Assembly (NCBI GenBank): GCA_037968415.1
Contig: JBBKVM010000014.1
Coordinates: 11,954 to 75,953, forward strand
DNA length: 64,000 nt
Source: Bacteroidia bacterium
GTDB lineage: Bacteria > Bacteroidota > Bacteroidia > AKYH767-A > JBBKVM01
Direction of reading: 5' to 3'
The notes under the pieces are model-generated. The model was not told where the DNA came from, did not search any database, and saw only the letters and a list, made by a program, of their open reading frames with translations. Below are positions 1 through 9,167 of the stretch, piece by piece; the stretch's first letter is position 1, and every line of letters begins with the position of its first letter. The position numbers and the translations under genes were made by a program.

Positions 1-1
1 A

Positions 2-760
2 GTCGAAAGGCTTCGCAACAAAGGACTCAAGATCATTGACCACGACCAGTTGCGGCAATTGCGAGATTGCAAAGTGCTGATCCGTGCGCATGGTGAACCA
101 CCGGAGACATACAGGATAGCTACTGAAAACAACATTGAGTTGATAGACGCATCGTGCCCTGTGGTGCTAAAATTGCAAAATCGTGTGCGCAAAAGTCACG
201 AACAAGCCCTTACGGAAGACGCACAGATTGTAATTTATGGTGAAGTGGGGCATGCTGAAGTGAACGGCCTCATAGGGCAAACGCAAGGTAAGGCGATCAT
301 AGTAAAAGAAGAAAAAGACTTAGAGCAAATAGACTTTACAAAACCGGTGCATTTGTTTTCGCAAACTACCAAAAGCACCACCGGATTTAAGAAAATGCGC
401 GAGATGCTTGATGCACGGATACAAGCGGGTGGGAGCGAGGATGCCTTTCTGAATGCAAATGATACTTTGTGCAGGCAGGTATCCAACCGCGAGCCACAGC
501 TTGAGAAATTTGCGGTAGCGCAAGATGTGATCGTGTTTGTAAGTGGCCAGAAGAGTTCTAATGGCAAGGCGTTGTTTGGCGTATGCCAGCGCGCAAATGC
601 CCAATCTTACTTTATCTCCACTCCCGAAGAAATTAAGACCGAATGGTTTGCGGAGGCAGCTACGGTGGGCATCAGTGGAGCCACCAGCACGCCCATGTGG
701 CTGATGGAGATGGTTGCGGATAACATTCGCACACTTACTACTCCTGTTTCAGTAGCCTAA
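2..760 (+). CDS. ispH: 4-hydroxy-3-methylbut-2-enyl diphosphate reductase IspH/LytB, 5'-truncated at the window edge (C-terminal ~250 aa present)
   Basis: Frame 2 is open from base 2 with no upstream stop. The product resembles IspH (IRAHGEPP, DASCPVV, GATSTP motifs). The ORF-track start at 50 is an internal TTG. Confidence 0.8.
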   Translation, partial: VERLRNKGLKIIDHDQLRQLRDCKVLIRAHGEPPETYRIATENNIELIDASCPVVLKLQNRVRKSHEQALTEDAQIVIYGEVGHAEVNGLIGQTQGKAIIVKEEKDLEQIDFTKPVHLFSQTTKSTTGFKKMREMLDARIQAGGSEDAFLNANDTLCRQVSNREPQLEKFAVAQDVIVFVSGQKSSNGKALFGVCQRANAQSYFISTPEEIKTEWFAEAATVGISGATSTPMWLMEMVADNIRTLTTPVSVA

Positions 761-832
761 AAACACTCTTTCGGAGTATTCATTTCCCAACAAATCAGTC
801 ACTTATACGCTTTCAAAAGATGCTATTTTTCT

Positions 833-862
833 TTTGGAAGTCAATATTAATGCTTACATTTG
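833..862 (+). promoter_or_regulatory. Putative Bacteroidota sigma-A-type promoter for rpsA (-33 TTTG at 833-836, -7 TACATTTG at 855-862, 18-nt spacer)
   Basis: Read directly from sequence, which matches the Bacteroides-type consensus TTTG...TAnnTTTG about 65 nt upstream of the rpsA start. There is no experimental support. Confidence 0.35.
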
Positions 863-926
863 CGCTCCTTTTTGAGGTAGAAAAGGGCTAAGGAATCTTA
901 TTTATTAACCATTTAAAAAAAACAGA

Positions 927-3035
927 GTGCAGAATTCAGAAACAGAAAACCCACAAGCCGAGTCCGCTGACGAAACTACTACGCCACAAGCCGAAGTAGT
1001 AACAGCGGAACCCATCACAGAAGAACAGATATTGGAGATTCAAAAACCCAATGCCGAAGATTTTGACTGGGATGCCGTAGGCAATAACTGGGATGATTAT
1101 AGCTCAGACAAGCGTACCGAACTCGAAAAAATGTATGAGGATACCCTCAAGACAGTTGTAGAGAACGAAATACTAGAAGGCAAAGTAATTGGCCTTACCA
1201 ATAAAGATGTTGTAATCAACATCGGATTCAAATCTGACGGACTCGTTTCATTGTCAGAATTTCGTCACATGCCCGATATCAAAGTGGGCGACCAGGTAGA
1301 AGTTTATGTAGAAAGCCAGGAAGACAAAAATGGTCAACTTATACTTTCGCACAAAAAGGCCCGCGCGTTAAAATCGTGGGAGCGTGTGAACACATCGCTT
1401 GAGAAAGACGAAACCATTACCGGATTTGTAAAGTGCCGCACCAAAGGTGGACTTATTGTGGATGTGTTTGGTATCGAAGCGTTCCTTCCCGGATCGCAAA
1501 TTGATGTGAAGCCTATCCGCGACTACGATATCTATGTAGGCAAGAATATGGAATTCAAAGTGGTGAAGATCAACAACGAATTCAAGAACGTAGTTGTATC
1601 GCACAAAATATTGATCGAAGAAGAACTCGAAAGTCAGAAAGCCGAGATCATCTCTAAACTCGAAAAAGGTCAGGTACTTGAGGGCAGCGTGAAGAACATT
1701 ACTTCGTACGGTGTGTTTATGGACCTGGGCGGTGTGGACGGACTGTTGCACATCACTGATATATCATGGGGCCGAATTTCTCACCCGGAAGAAGTACTCA
1801 AACTGGATGAGAAAGTAAACGTGGTAATCCTCGATTTTGATGACGAGAAAAAGAGAATCGCGCTTGGCTTGAAACAACTTACTCCTCATCCATGGGATTC
1901 ATTGGATGAAGCAATGAAAGTTGGTGATAAAGTAACAGGTAAGGTTGTGGTATTGGCCGACTATGGTGCGTTTGTAGAAATAGCCACCGGAGTAGAAGGT
2001 CTTATCCACGTTTCGGAAATGTCATGGTCACAGCACCTGCGCAGCCCATCTGATTTCCTTACAGTAGGACAGGAAGTGCAAGCTGAAATCCTAACACTCG
2101 ATCGTGAAGACCGTAAGATGTCATTGGGAATAAAGCAATTGATGCCTGATCCGTGGGGAGATATCGTAAAGAAATACCCTGTGGGCTCTAAGCACAAAGC
2201 AATAGCCCGCAACTTCACCAACTTCGGTGTGTTTGTTGAACTCGAAGAAGGTGTGGATGGATTGATACATATCTCTGACCTTTCTTGGTCTAAGAAGATA
2301 AAGCACCCAAGTGAGTTTATGAAAGTGGGTGACGAAATAGAGGTAATTGTACTCGAAGTGGATGCAGAAAACAGAAGGTTGAGTCTCGGACACAAGCAAC
2401 TGGAAGAGAATCCATGGGAAGTATTCGAAACCATATTCATCGTTGACAGCGTACACAAGGGTACCATCATCAAGTCTACCGACAAAGGTGCTGTAGTATC
2501 ATTGCAATACGGAGTGGAAGGTTTTGTGCCAAGCCGTCATCTTATGAAAGCAGACAAAACTTCTGCTAAAGTAGAAGAGACGATTGACTTCAAAGTGATT
2601 GAGTTCAACAAGGACAGCAAGAAAATTGTATTGTCACACTCACGCATATTCGAAGATGTGGATATGGAATACAAGAACGAAGAGAAGGCACGTAAGAACC
2701 AGGAGAAATCTGATACTGCAAAAACTGCGAAGAAGATGAAGGACAATCTGGAGAAGACTACGTTGGGCGATATCGAAGCACTGTCTGCATTGAAGCTTGA
2801 TATGGAGACTACTGCCAAGAATGCACCGGCTGCCGATGCTGAGGTAGAAGCAAAACCAAAAGCAAAGAAGGCACCAGCTGCTGACGCTGAAGTAGAAGCC
2901 AAGCCTAAAGCCAAGAAAGCTAAGAAGAGCGAAGAGGCTGAAGCAGAACCTGAGGCCGAAGTGGAAGCTAAGCCAAAGGCGGCTAAGAAGAAAGCCAAGA
3001 AAGAAAGCGATGCTGACGAAAGCAGTGAAGCTTAA
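927..3035 (+). CDS. rpsA: 30S ribosomal protein S1 with an extended Lys/Ala/Glu-rich C-terminal tail
   Basis: 702 aa with multiple S1 repeat motifs (GKVIGLTNKDVVINIGFKSDG, GSVKNITSYGVFMDLGGVDGLLHITDISW and others). The tail is AKPKAKKAPAADAEVEAKPKAKKAKK. Confidence 0.93.
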   Translation: MQNSETENPQAESADETTTPQAEVVTAEPITEEQILEIQKPNAEDFDWDAVGNNWDDYSSDKRTELEKMYEDTLKTVVENEILEGKVIGLTNKDVVINIGFKSDGLVSLSEFRHMPDIKVGDQVEVYVESQEDKNGQLILSHKKARALKSWERVNTSLEKDETITGFVKCRTKGGLIVDVFGIEAFLPGSQIDVKPIRDYDIYVGKNMEFKVVKINNEFKNVVVSHKILIEEELESQKAEIISKLEKGQVLEGSVKNITSYGVFMDLGGVDGLLHITDISWGRISHPEEVLKLDEKVNVVILDFDDEKKRIALGLKQLTPHPWDSLDEAMKVGDKVTGKVVVLADYGAFVEIATGVEGLIHVSEMSWSQHLRSPSDFLTVGQEVQAEILTLDREDRKMSLGIKQLMPDPWGDIVKKYPVGSKHKAIARNFTNFGVFVELEEGVDGLIHISDLSWSKKIKHPSEFMKVGDEIEVIVLEVDAENRRLSLGHKQLEENPWEVFETIFIVDSVHKGTIIKSTDKGAVVSLQYGVEGFVPSRHLMKADKTSAKVEETIDFKVIEFNKDSKKIVLSHSRIFEDVDMEYKNEEKARKNQEKSDTAKTAKKMKDNLEKTTLGDIEALSALKLDMETTAKNAPAADAEVEAKPKAKKAPAADAEVEAKPKAKKAKKSEEAEAEPEAEVEAKPKAAKKKAKKESDADESSEA
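2824..2925 (+). repeat. Imperfect tandem duplication (2 x ~51 bp) encoding APAADAEVEAKPKAKKA twice in the rpsA tail
   Basis: Seen in sequence: gcaccggctgccgatgctgaggtagaagcaaaaccaaaagcaaagaag is followed by a near-copy that differs mainly at synonymous positions. Confidence 0.6.
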
Positions 3036-3043
3036 AACAATTA

Positions 3044-3073
3044 AAAGCCCTCGTGAAAACGAGGGCTTTTTTT
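3044..3073 (+). terminator. Rho-independent terminator after rpsA (aaagccctcg-tgaaaa-cgagggcttt followed by a T7 run)
   Basis: Perfect 10-bp stem plus T-run immediately 3' of the rpsA stop. Confidence 0.8.
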
Positions 3074-3118
3074 ACGCCTGCTGCCGAAATTAATTTTATA
3101 TTTGTCCGGCTTTACGAT

Positions 3119-3676
3119 ATGGAGAAATCACTCATCATCAACAGCAAACAATTCGACATCATAATCAGAAGGCTGTGCTATCAGCTTGTCGAACAGCATG
3201 ATGATTTTTCTGATTCCGCTATTATTGGCCTTCAACCCCGAGGTATATTTCTTTCCAAACGCATTGCCACCACGCTTGCCGCACTCAAGCCGGGCATTAA
3301 AATAGCGCAAGGTGAATTGGATGTTACTTTTTTTAGAGACGACTTTAGACGTAGGGATGCCCCGCTGGTGCCGAGCACAACCAACATTGATTTTTTGATA
3401 GAGAACAAAAATGTAATACTCGTAGATGACGTGCTCTTCTCCGGGCGTACCATCCGATCAGGCATGGATGCCTTGCTCGCATTTGGCCGCCCACGCAGAA
3501 TAGAATTGCTTACCCTCATAGACAGACGCTACAGCCGCCATCTGCCTATTGAGCCCGATTATACCGGCAGGCAGGTGGATACCATCGCCTCCGAAAAAGT
3601 GAAAGTGTATTGGAAAGAAACCGATGGCGTAGATCAGGTCATGCTGTTTACACCAGAACCCACACAACAAACTTAA
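3119..3676 (+). CDS. pyrR: Bifunctional pyrimidine operon regulator / uracil phosphoribosyltransferase PyrR
   Basis: PRTase fold motifs (VILVDDVLFSGRTIR) and PyrR-like N-terminus. Start chosen at MEKSLIIN, because the longer ORF start at 3053 would overlap the rpsA terminator. Confidence 0.85.
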   Translation: MEKSLIINSKQFDIIIRRLCYQLVEQHDDFSDSAIIGLQPRGIFLSKRIATTLAALKPGIKIAQGELDVTFFRDDFRRRDAPLVPSTTNIDFLIENKNVILVDDVLFSGRTIRSGMDALLAFGRPRRIELLTLIDRRYSRHLPIEPDYTGRQVDTIASEKVKVYWKETDGVDQVMLFTPEPTQQT

Positions 3677-3684
3677 ATTAACGG

Positions 3685-4614
3685 ATGGAAAGTACGCTCA
3701 GTGTGAATCACCTGCTTGGAATCAAAGATTTGACGGTCGATGATATGGAGCTCATTTTTAAAACCGCTGACAATTTCAAAAGCGTTATCAACAGACCGAT
3801 AAAGAAAGTTCCTTCGCTCCGCGATATCACCATTGCCAATTTGTTTTTTGAGAACTCAACCCGCACACGCCTCTCTTTCGAATTGGCAGAAAAAAGACTC
3901 AGTGCCGACATCATCAACTTCTCCGCTTCTTCCTCTTCCGTCAGCAAAGGCGAGACGTTGATTGACACAGTCAACAATATTCTGGCCATGAAAGTAGACA
4001 TGGTAGTGATGCGCCACCCAATGCCGGGCGCGGCTGTGTTTCTGGCAAAGCATGTGAAAGCAAGGATCGTAAATGCTGGTGATGGTACACACGAGCACCC
4101 CACACAAGCATTGCTCGATGCATATTCCATTCGCGAGCGGCTGGGCTCACTCAAGGGCTGCAAGGTGGTAATCGTGGGAGATATTATGCATTCGCGTGTT
4201 GCGTTGTCAAATATATTTTGTCTGCGCAAATTGGGCGCGGAGGTGATGGTGTGCGGTCCTGCCACACTCATACCCAAACACATCAGTGAACTGGGAGTGA
4301 AGGTTGAATACAATCTTAAAAAAGCACTGGAGTGGTGTGATGTGGCAAACATGCTGCGCATACAACTCGAGCGTCAGGACATAAAATATTTTCCATCCAT
4401 ACGTGAATACGTAATGTTGTATGGAGTGAACAGGCAACTGCTAGAAACTCTCAAAAAACCAGTAACAATAATGCACCCGGGACCCATCAACAGAGGCGTG
4501 GAGATAACCAGTGATGTAGCCGACTCAGGGCAAAGCATCATACTTGAGCAAGTGGAGAATGGGCTGGCCGTTCGTATGGCAGTTCTGTACCTTTTGGCCG
4601 GCAGGGTGGATTGA
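3685..4614 (+). CDS. pyrB: Aspartate carbamoyltransferase catalytic subunit
   Basis: STRTR and HPTQALLD motifs, about 309 aa, lying immediately downstream of pyrR. Confidence 0.93.
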   Translation: MESTLSVNHLLGIKDLTVDDMELIFKTADNFKSVINRPIKKVPSLRDITIANLFFENSTRTRLSFELAEKRLSADIINFSASSSSVSKGETLIDTVNNILAMKVDMVVMRHPMPGAAVFLAKHVKARIVNAGDGTHEHPTQALLDAYSIRERLGSLKGCKVVIVGDIMHSRVALSNIFCLRKLGAEVMVCGPATLIPKHISELGVKVEYNLKKALEWCDVANMLRIQLERQDIKYFPSIREYVMLYGVNRQLLETLKKPVTIMHPGPINRGVEITSDVADSGQSIILEQVENGLAVRMAVLYLLAGRVD

Positions 4615-4714
4615 TAAACCGTGCGCAAGTGCATGCTGAAGGCCGATTTTTAAGTGTTTGTTATTTTGAATATTAATTCCATTATCTTTATTTTCTAATT
4701 GTAAAAAACCCGCT

Positions 4715-5086
4715 ATGCTCTATACATTAGACAAACAAGAAAAGTACGTTGCTATCAAGTTGCACGAGAACAAACTCAACAGCGTTATCGCGCCCGAGTT
4801 GAAATCGGAAATCATCATCATGAACAATCAGGGTTTCTCCAATATGATACTCGATTTATCTGAAACTGAGTACTGTGATTCATCAGGCCTTAGCGCTATT
4901 CTGGTAGGTAACAGAATTTGCAAAAATGGAGGCGGATGCTTTGTGGTAAGCGGATTGCAAGATGCCGTCAAAAAATTAATTTCTATTTCACAGTTGGATC
5001 AAGTATTGCTGATTACTCCCACATTGAGCGAAGCCGTTGATTATATTTTCATGGAAGAAATAGAGAAAAATCTTCCCAAAGACTAA
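4715..5086 (+). CDS. STAS-domain protein (anti-sigma-factor antagonist, SpoIIAA-like), orphan
   Basis: About 120 aa with a DLSETEYCDSSGLSAIL motif typical of STAS/SpoIIAA. No RsbW or RsbU partner nearby. Confidence 0.75.
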   Translation: MLYTLDKQEKYVAIKLHENKLNSVIAPELKSEIIIMNNQGFSNMILDLSETEYCDSSGLSAILVGNRICKNGGGCFVVSGLQDAVKKLISISQLDQVLLITPTLSEAVDYIFMEEIEKNLPKD

Positions 5087-5117
5087 ATTTATTTATTCAA
5101 TAAGCACCCTGTGGGCC

Positions 5118-5864
5118 ATGGTAAAATTTAAAATTGTTTTGCTTTTTGTTGTTTCTGTTTTTGTGTCATCACAATTGATGGGACAGTGTGTACCTAACAC
5201 CACTATCACGGTTCCAGGAATTTATCCCGACACATTACCAGTGGCTTTAGTCGGTGCAACTTACAATGAAGTAATTCAGTTCAAGGTGCCAGTAGATACC
5301 GTGTTTCAGGGCAACAATGCCACCATCCTTAGCATCACCGTTACCGGTATGATTGGCTTGCCCGCAGGTTTTACCTACGCATGTGTTCCATCCAATTGTG
5401 TTTTTGCAGGAGGCAGTAACGGTTGTGCCGTGCTCACCGGAAACCCTACAGTAGCGCAGATCGGCCAGTATCCTTTGCGTGTCACCATTTCTATTACCGG
5501 TACAGTGATAGGAATTCCCTTTCCAATCACCATTCCTGATACGGTGAGTAAATACACACTGGTTATAAGTCAGCAAACAGGGGTGCAGATAGTGAAGAAC
5601 CGCAATTTGGAAGTAAATCAAAATTTTCCCAACCCTTCTGTAACTGCCACCACCATTGAGTTTACTGTCCCCAATGCAGCGTTGGCCGATTTCAAATTAT
5701 ACAATGTGCTTGGAAAAGAATTGTACAGCCGTACAGTAAGCGCACGCGCAGGAAAGAACACCATCAATTTTGAAACCCGCGACTACGAGCCCGGTATATA
5801 CATGTACACCATCAAAGCAGGCGATGCAGTAGTAACTCGCAGATTGATGATTGGCAGAAAATAA
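5118..5864 (+). CDS. Secreted hypothetical protein with T9SS type-A C-terminal sorting domain
   Basis: Signal peptide. C-terminus has NFPNPS...GIYMYTI...GRK, typical of the Por secretion CTD. Confidence 0.7.
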   Translation: MVKFKIVLLFVVSVFVSSQLMGQCVPNTTITVPGIYPDTLPVALVGATYNEVIQFKVPVDTVFQGNNATILSITVTGMIGLPAGFTYACVPSNCVFAGGSNGCAVLTGNPTVAQIGQYPLRVTISITGTVIGIPFPITIPDTVSKYTLVISQQTGVQIVKNRNLEVNQNFPNPSVTATTIEFTVPNAALADFKLYNVLGKELYSRTVSARAGKNTINFETRDYEPGIYMYTIKAGDAVVTRRLMIGRK

Positions 5865-6778
5865 TGACATTTGAAGTTCTGATCTTAGGCAGCAGTTCTG
5901 CCACTCCCATCTTTAACAGGCATCCTTCCGCTCAAGTAATCAATATACATGAGCGTTTTTTTTTGATAGACTGTGGCGAAGGCACACAACTTCGTTTGAT
6001 GGATCTGCGTGTGAAGTTTCATCGTATCAATCATATTTTTATTAGCCATCTGCATGGCGACCATTATCTGGGCTTGGTAGGGCTGATGTCCACGTTACAC
6101 CTGCAAGGCCGCACTGAACCGCTTCATTTATATGCGGTGCCGGCTCTCAAAGAAATTATCGACATACAGTTTTTACATTCACAAACAGTACTCAAATACG
6201 AATTGATTTTTCATCCGCTCGGTGAGCAAGGTGGTGAGTTGATTTTAGAAGAAGACAACCTTAAGGTAAAAACCATTGCACTCAATCACAGGATACCATG
6301 TGTTGGTTTTTTATTTAACGAACACATTGCTCCACGCAAACTGATCATAGAGGAAGTGCGCAAAGCGGAAATTCCTTTAACGTTTTATCAGAACCTGAAA
6401 GCAGGGGAGGACTACAAAAATGAACAAGGTGTGGTGGTGTCTAATAGCAGTGTAACAACTGCCGCACGTGCCTCGCGCAGCTATGCCTATTGTTCAGATA
6501 CAGCATATTCCGAATCGGTGGTGAAAGTTGTGGCCGGTGTTGACCTATTGTATCACGAGTCTACGTTTACATCGGAGATGGCCGAACGCGCGGCTGACAC
6601 ATTCCATTCCACCGCGCAACAAGCCGGCATGGTGGCTGCCAAAGCCAATGTAAAGCAATTGCTCATTGGACATTTTAGCGCACGTTACAAAGATTTGATT
6701 CCGATGCTGAACGAAGCGCGGCAAGAGTTTGCCAACACACACCTCGCCATAGAAGGCACGCGTTTCAGAATAGATTGA
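5864..6778 (+). CDS. rnz: Ribonuclease Z (tRNA 3' processing endonuclease, metallo-beta-lactamase fold)
   Basis: HLHGDHYLGL zinc motif and about 304 aa. Start overlaps the previous stop (ATGA). Confidence 0.9.
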   Translation: MTFEVLILGSSSATPIFNRHPSAQVINIHERFFLIDCGEGTQLRLMDLRVKFHRINHIFISHLHGDHYLGLVGLMSTLHLQGRTEPLHLYAVPALKEIIDIQFLHSQTVLKYELIFHPLGEQGGELILEEDNLKVKTIALNHRIPCVGFLFNEHIAPRKLIIEEVRKAEIPLTFYQNLKAGEDYKNEQGVVVSNSSVTTAARASRSYAYCSDTAYSESVVKVVAGVDLLYHESTFTSEMAERAADTFHSTAQQAGMVAAKANVKQLLIGHFSARYKDLIPMLNEARQEFANTHLAIEGTRFRID

Positions 6779-6901
6779 GACGCTGACCAAATTCATTTTA
6801 CTGCATTCGATTTCCCCGCACCTTAGTTCTGCTGGTTTCTAAAAAGTTGTTAGATTTGCAGCTTTATTTATAATCAGTCTAAATAAGAAAAAACCCTCTT
6901 T

Positions 6902-8095
6902 ATGATTCGTCTCCCGCTAATTTTATTATTCATAATCTCATGGCAAATAGCTGCAGCACAGCAAGTTGATTCTCTCAAACTGACCGAAAGCACCATCAAT
7001 AATTTTGTGGCTACGAACGAGGGCAACAAGCTCACTATAGGTTTGTATGGCCAAGTGGATTTCAACAAACCGATTGTCGAGAACAGAAGAACAAACGGGA
7101 AGTTCGATGTGCATCGCATTGTAATGTCGATGGCCTACCGCTTTAATTCCAAAGTGCATTTTGCTACCGAAATTGAATTCGAACACATGGACGAAGTGTA
7201 TGTGGAGCAGGCATTTTTGAATTATAAGTTGCAGGAGAAAGTGCATCTGCGCGCAGGATTGTTGCTGGTCCCCATGGGTATCATTAATGAGTATCATGAG
7301 CCAACAACTTTCAATGGGGTGGAGCGGCCAAATGTTGACAAGGTGATAGTACCTTCTACTTGGCGGCAGGTGGGAGCTGGGTTTACCGGCAGGCTGGACA
7401 ATGCTTCGTTGAAGTATCAACTGTATGCTATGAGTGGATTGAAAAGTTATGACAGCGGTGCCCTATTCAATGCCAAAAATGGTTACCGCAGCGGGCGTCA
7501 GAATGCTGGTGAAATTACTGTGAGTTCGATAAATGTAGCCGCGCGAGTAGATTATTATGGTATACGTGGATTGCGCGTGGGTGCTTCTTTTTATGGAGGC
7601 GATAGTCAATCATCACGGTACAACGGAATTGATTCGGATAATAATTACGAATTGCAAAGTGCTGACTCTAGCGTGGTAAGCATCTCAATAGGTGGTTTCG
7701 ATGCGCGTTACCAGATTAACGGACTGGTTTTGCGGGGGCAATTTATTTATGCTGCCAACTCCAATGTGCTGCAATACAATACTGCCACCGGTAGCGACCT
7801 TGCCACTGCTCTCAGCGGATATTATGTGGAAGCAGGGTACAATGTGCTGAGGCATTGTAAAACCACCACCAACAAATTAGTACCATTTGTACGCTATGAG
7901 GATTACGATACAAACCTGAAAGTGATCAACGGTCAATCGCGATTGAGGGGCTATCACAGGAACGAGATTACTGTGGGTGCTGGGTTTTGGGTAGACGAAG
8001 GCGCGGTGTTGAAAGCGGATTATCAAATATTAAATGATGAAAGTGATGCGAAAGCAACTGGAATGTTCAATATTGGAATTGGCATCGCCTTTTAA
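6902..8095 (+). CDS. Outer-membrane beta-barrel porin-like protein (phosphate-selective porin O/P-like, tentative)
   Basis: Signal peptide, alternating amphipathic beta-strand pattern and C-terminal aromatic residue (…IAF). Confidence 0.55.
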   Translation: MIRLPLILLFIISWQIAAAQQVDSLKLTESTINNFVATNEGNKLTIGLYGQVDFNKPIVENRRTNGKFDVHRIVMSMAYRFNSKVHFATEIEFEHMDEVYVEQAFLNYKLQEKVHLRAGLLLVPMGIINEYHEPTTFNGVERPNVDKVIVPSTWRQVGAGFTGRLDNASLKYQLYAMSGLKSYDSGALFNAKNGYRSGRQNAGEITVSSINVAARVDYYGIRGLRVGASFYGGDSQSSRYNGIDSDNNYELQSADSSVVSISIGGFDARYQINGLVLRGQFIYAANSNVLQYNTATGSDLATALSGYYVEAGYNVLRHCKTTTNKLVPFVRYEDYDTNLKVINGQSRLRGYHRNEITVGAGFWVDEGAVLKADYQILNDESDAKATGMFNIGIGIAF

Positions 8096-8118
8096 GTCAT
8101 TAGTGTAACTTAGCAAGC

Positions 8119-8640
8119 ATGTCAATCAAGCTAATTATTGTTTTTCTTTTGATGCTAATGGTGCGTTCTGACAGCGACTTGCAGATAGACAAGACCGGTT
8201 GGCGAAAAATAAATTCTGCTGCGGCCGAGAGTTGGCCAGGAAAAAATGTTGTTTTTGTGAAAGTGATTTTGGCAGCCGCAAATCCCAAATCTATCACACC
8301 AAATCATTGTGTGTATAAGGTAACAAGTGGAGCTGCAGTGATGGGTTATCTTTATGCAGATAACGCGATGGGCAAATTTGACACATTTGATTTTGCAGTT
8401 TTGTTTTCGACTGATCTACGAATCATGTCAACTGTAGTGCTCACATACAGGGAAGAGTACGGTGGCGAGATCGCCTCTGCGCGCTGGTTACGGCAATTTA
8501 CAGGCAGTACCACTCCATTTGAATTTGGCCACAATGTACAAGGTATTTCAGGTGCCACCATTTCGGCCCGCGCTATGACGGCAGGCATGAACAACGCGGT
8601 GGCACGCATGCGCGAACTGAAATCTAAATACCAATTATAA
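8119..8640 (+). CDS. FMN-binding domain protein (NosR/RnfG/NqrC-type FMN_bind fold)
   Basis: ISGATISARAMTAGMNNAV matches the covalent-FMN attachment region of FMN_bind domains. N-terminal signal/anchor. Confidence 0.6.
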   Translation: MSIKLIIVFLLMLMVRSDSDLQIDKTGWRKINSAAAESWPGKNVVFVKVILAAANPKSITPNHCVYKVTSGAAVMGYLYADNAMGKFDTFDFAVLFSTDLRIMSTVVLTYREEYGGEIASARWLRQFTGSTTPFEFGHNVQGISGATISARAMTAGMNNAVARMRELKSKYQL

Positions 8641-8650
8641 AAGTAGTGTC

Positions 8651-9166
8651 ATGATTGAATGGAGAGGAGCCATACACCATTTTGATTACCCGGTGAAGAT
8701 GTTTATCACTGCATTCCTCCTTGCGCTTAGCTTTGGCTATTTTTCAGGATTTAAGTTTGTGGGGCGTACTATGAACTATTCGCCCGAAGGTATTTCGCAA
8801 AATTATTTGGGAAACGAAGAGGACATGCGGGCAGAGTTGATGAAGTTTAAAAAATCTGAAAACGAAGTGCTCACCATTATCCACACACACGTGCTTTCAC
8901 TCAGCATGATTTTTCTTGTGTTGGGTTTGTTGTTGTTCACCACATCACTTCACCCCACCTTGCGCAACTTACTGGCTATTGAACCTTTTGTTTCTCTTAT
9001 CGTCACCTTTGGCGGCATATGGCTATTATGGAAAGGTTGGTATTGGGTAGCACCAGTAATTATGGTCTCAGGGATTTTGCTCAACCTTAGTTTTGTGTTG
9101 GCTGTTTTGTTGTTACTTTGGCAATTGTTATTTGTAAAAACAACGCAAAAAAGTAATCCAAACTGA
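8651..9166 (+). CDS. Hypothetical integral membrane protein (about 4 TM helices), partner of the FMN-binding protein
   Basis: Hydrophobic segments and strong coding periodicity. No recognisable family. Confidence 0.5.
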   Translation: MIEWRGAIHHFDYPVKMFITAFLLALSFGYFSGFKFVGRTMNYSPEGISQNYLGNEEDMRAELMKFKKSENEVLTIIHTHVLSLSMIFLVLGLLLFTTSLHPTLRNLLAIEPFVSLIVTFGGIWLLWKGWYWVAPVIMVSGILLNLSFVLAVLLLLWQLLFVKTTQKSNPN

Positions 9167-9167
9167 T

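Noticed and set aside
2537-2998. 153-aa ORF on the minus strand, low complexity (A/S/F-rich)
   Set aside because: Antisense to the repetitive Lys/Ala-rich tail of rpsA. Its composition merely mirrors the sense-strand repeat, and it has no start context.
3053-3118. Longer N-terminal extension of pyrR (ORF-track start at 3053)
   Set aside because: The extension would be translated through the rpsA terminator hairpin and is not PyrR-like (MKTRAFFTPAAEINF…). The internal ATG at 3119 begins the conserved region.
6779-6901. Possible TAnnTTTG promoter (TAGATTTG at 6851-6858) upstream of the porin gene
   Set aside because: No suitably spaced -33 TTTG element was found. Left unannotated as too weak.
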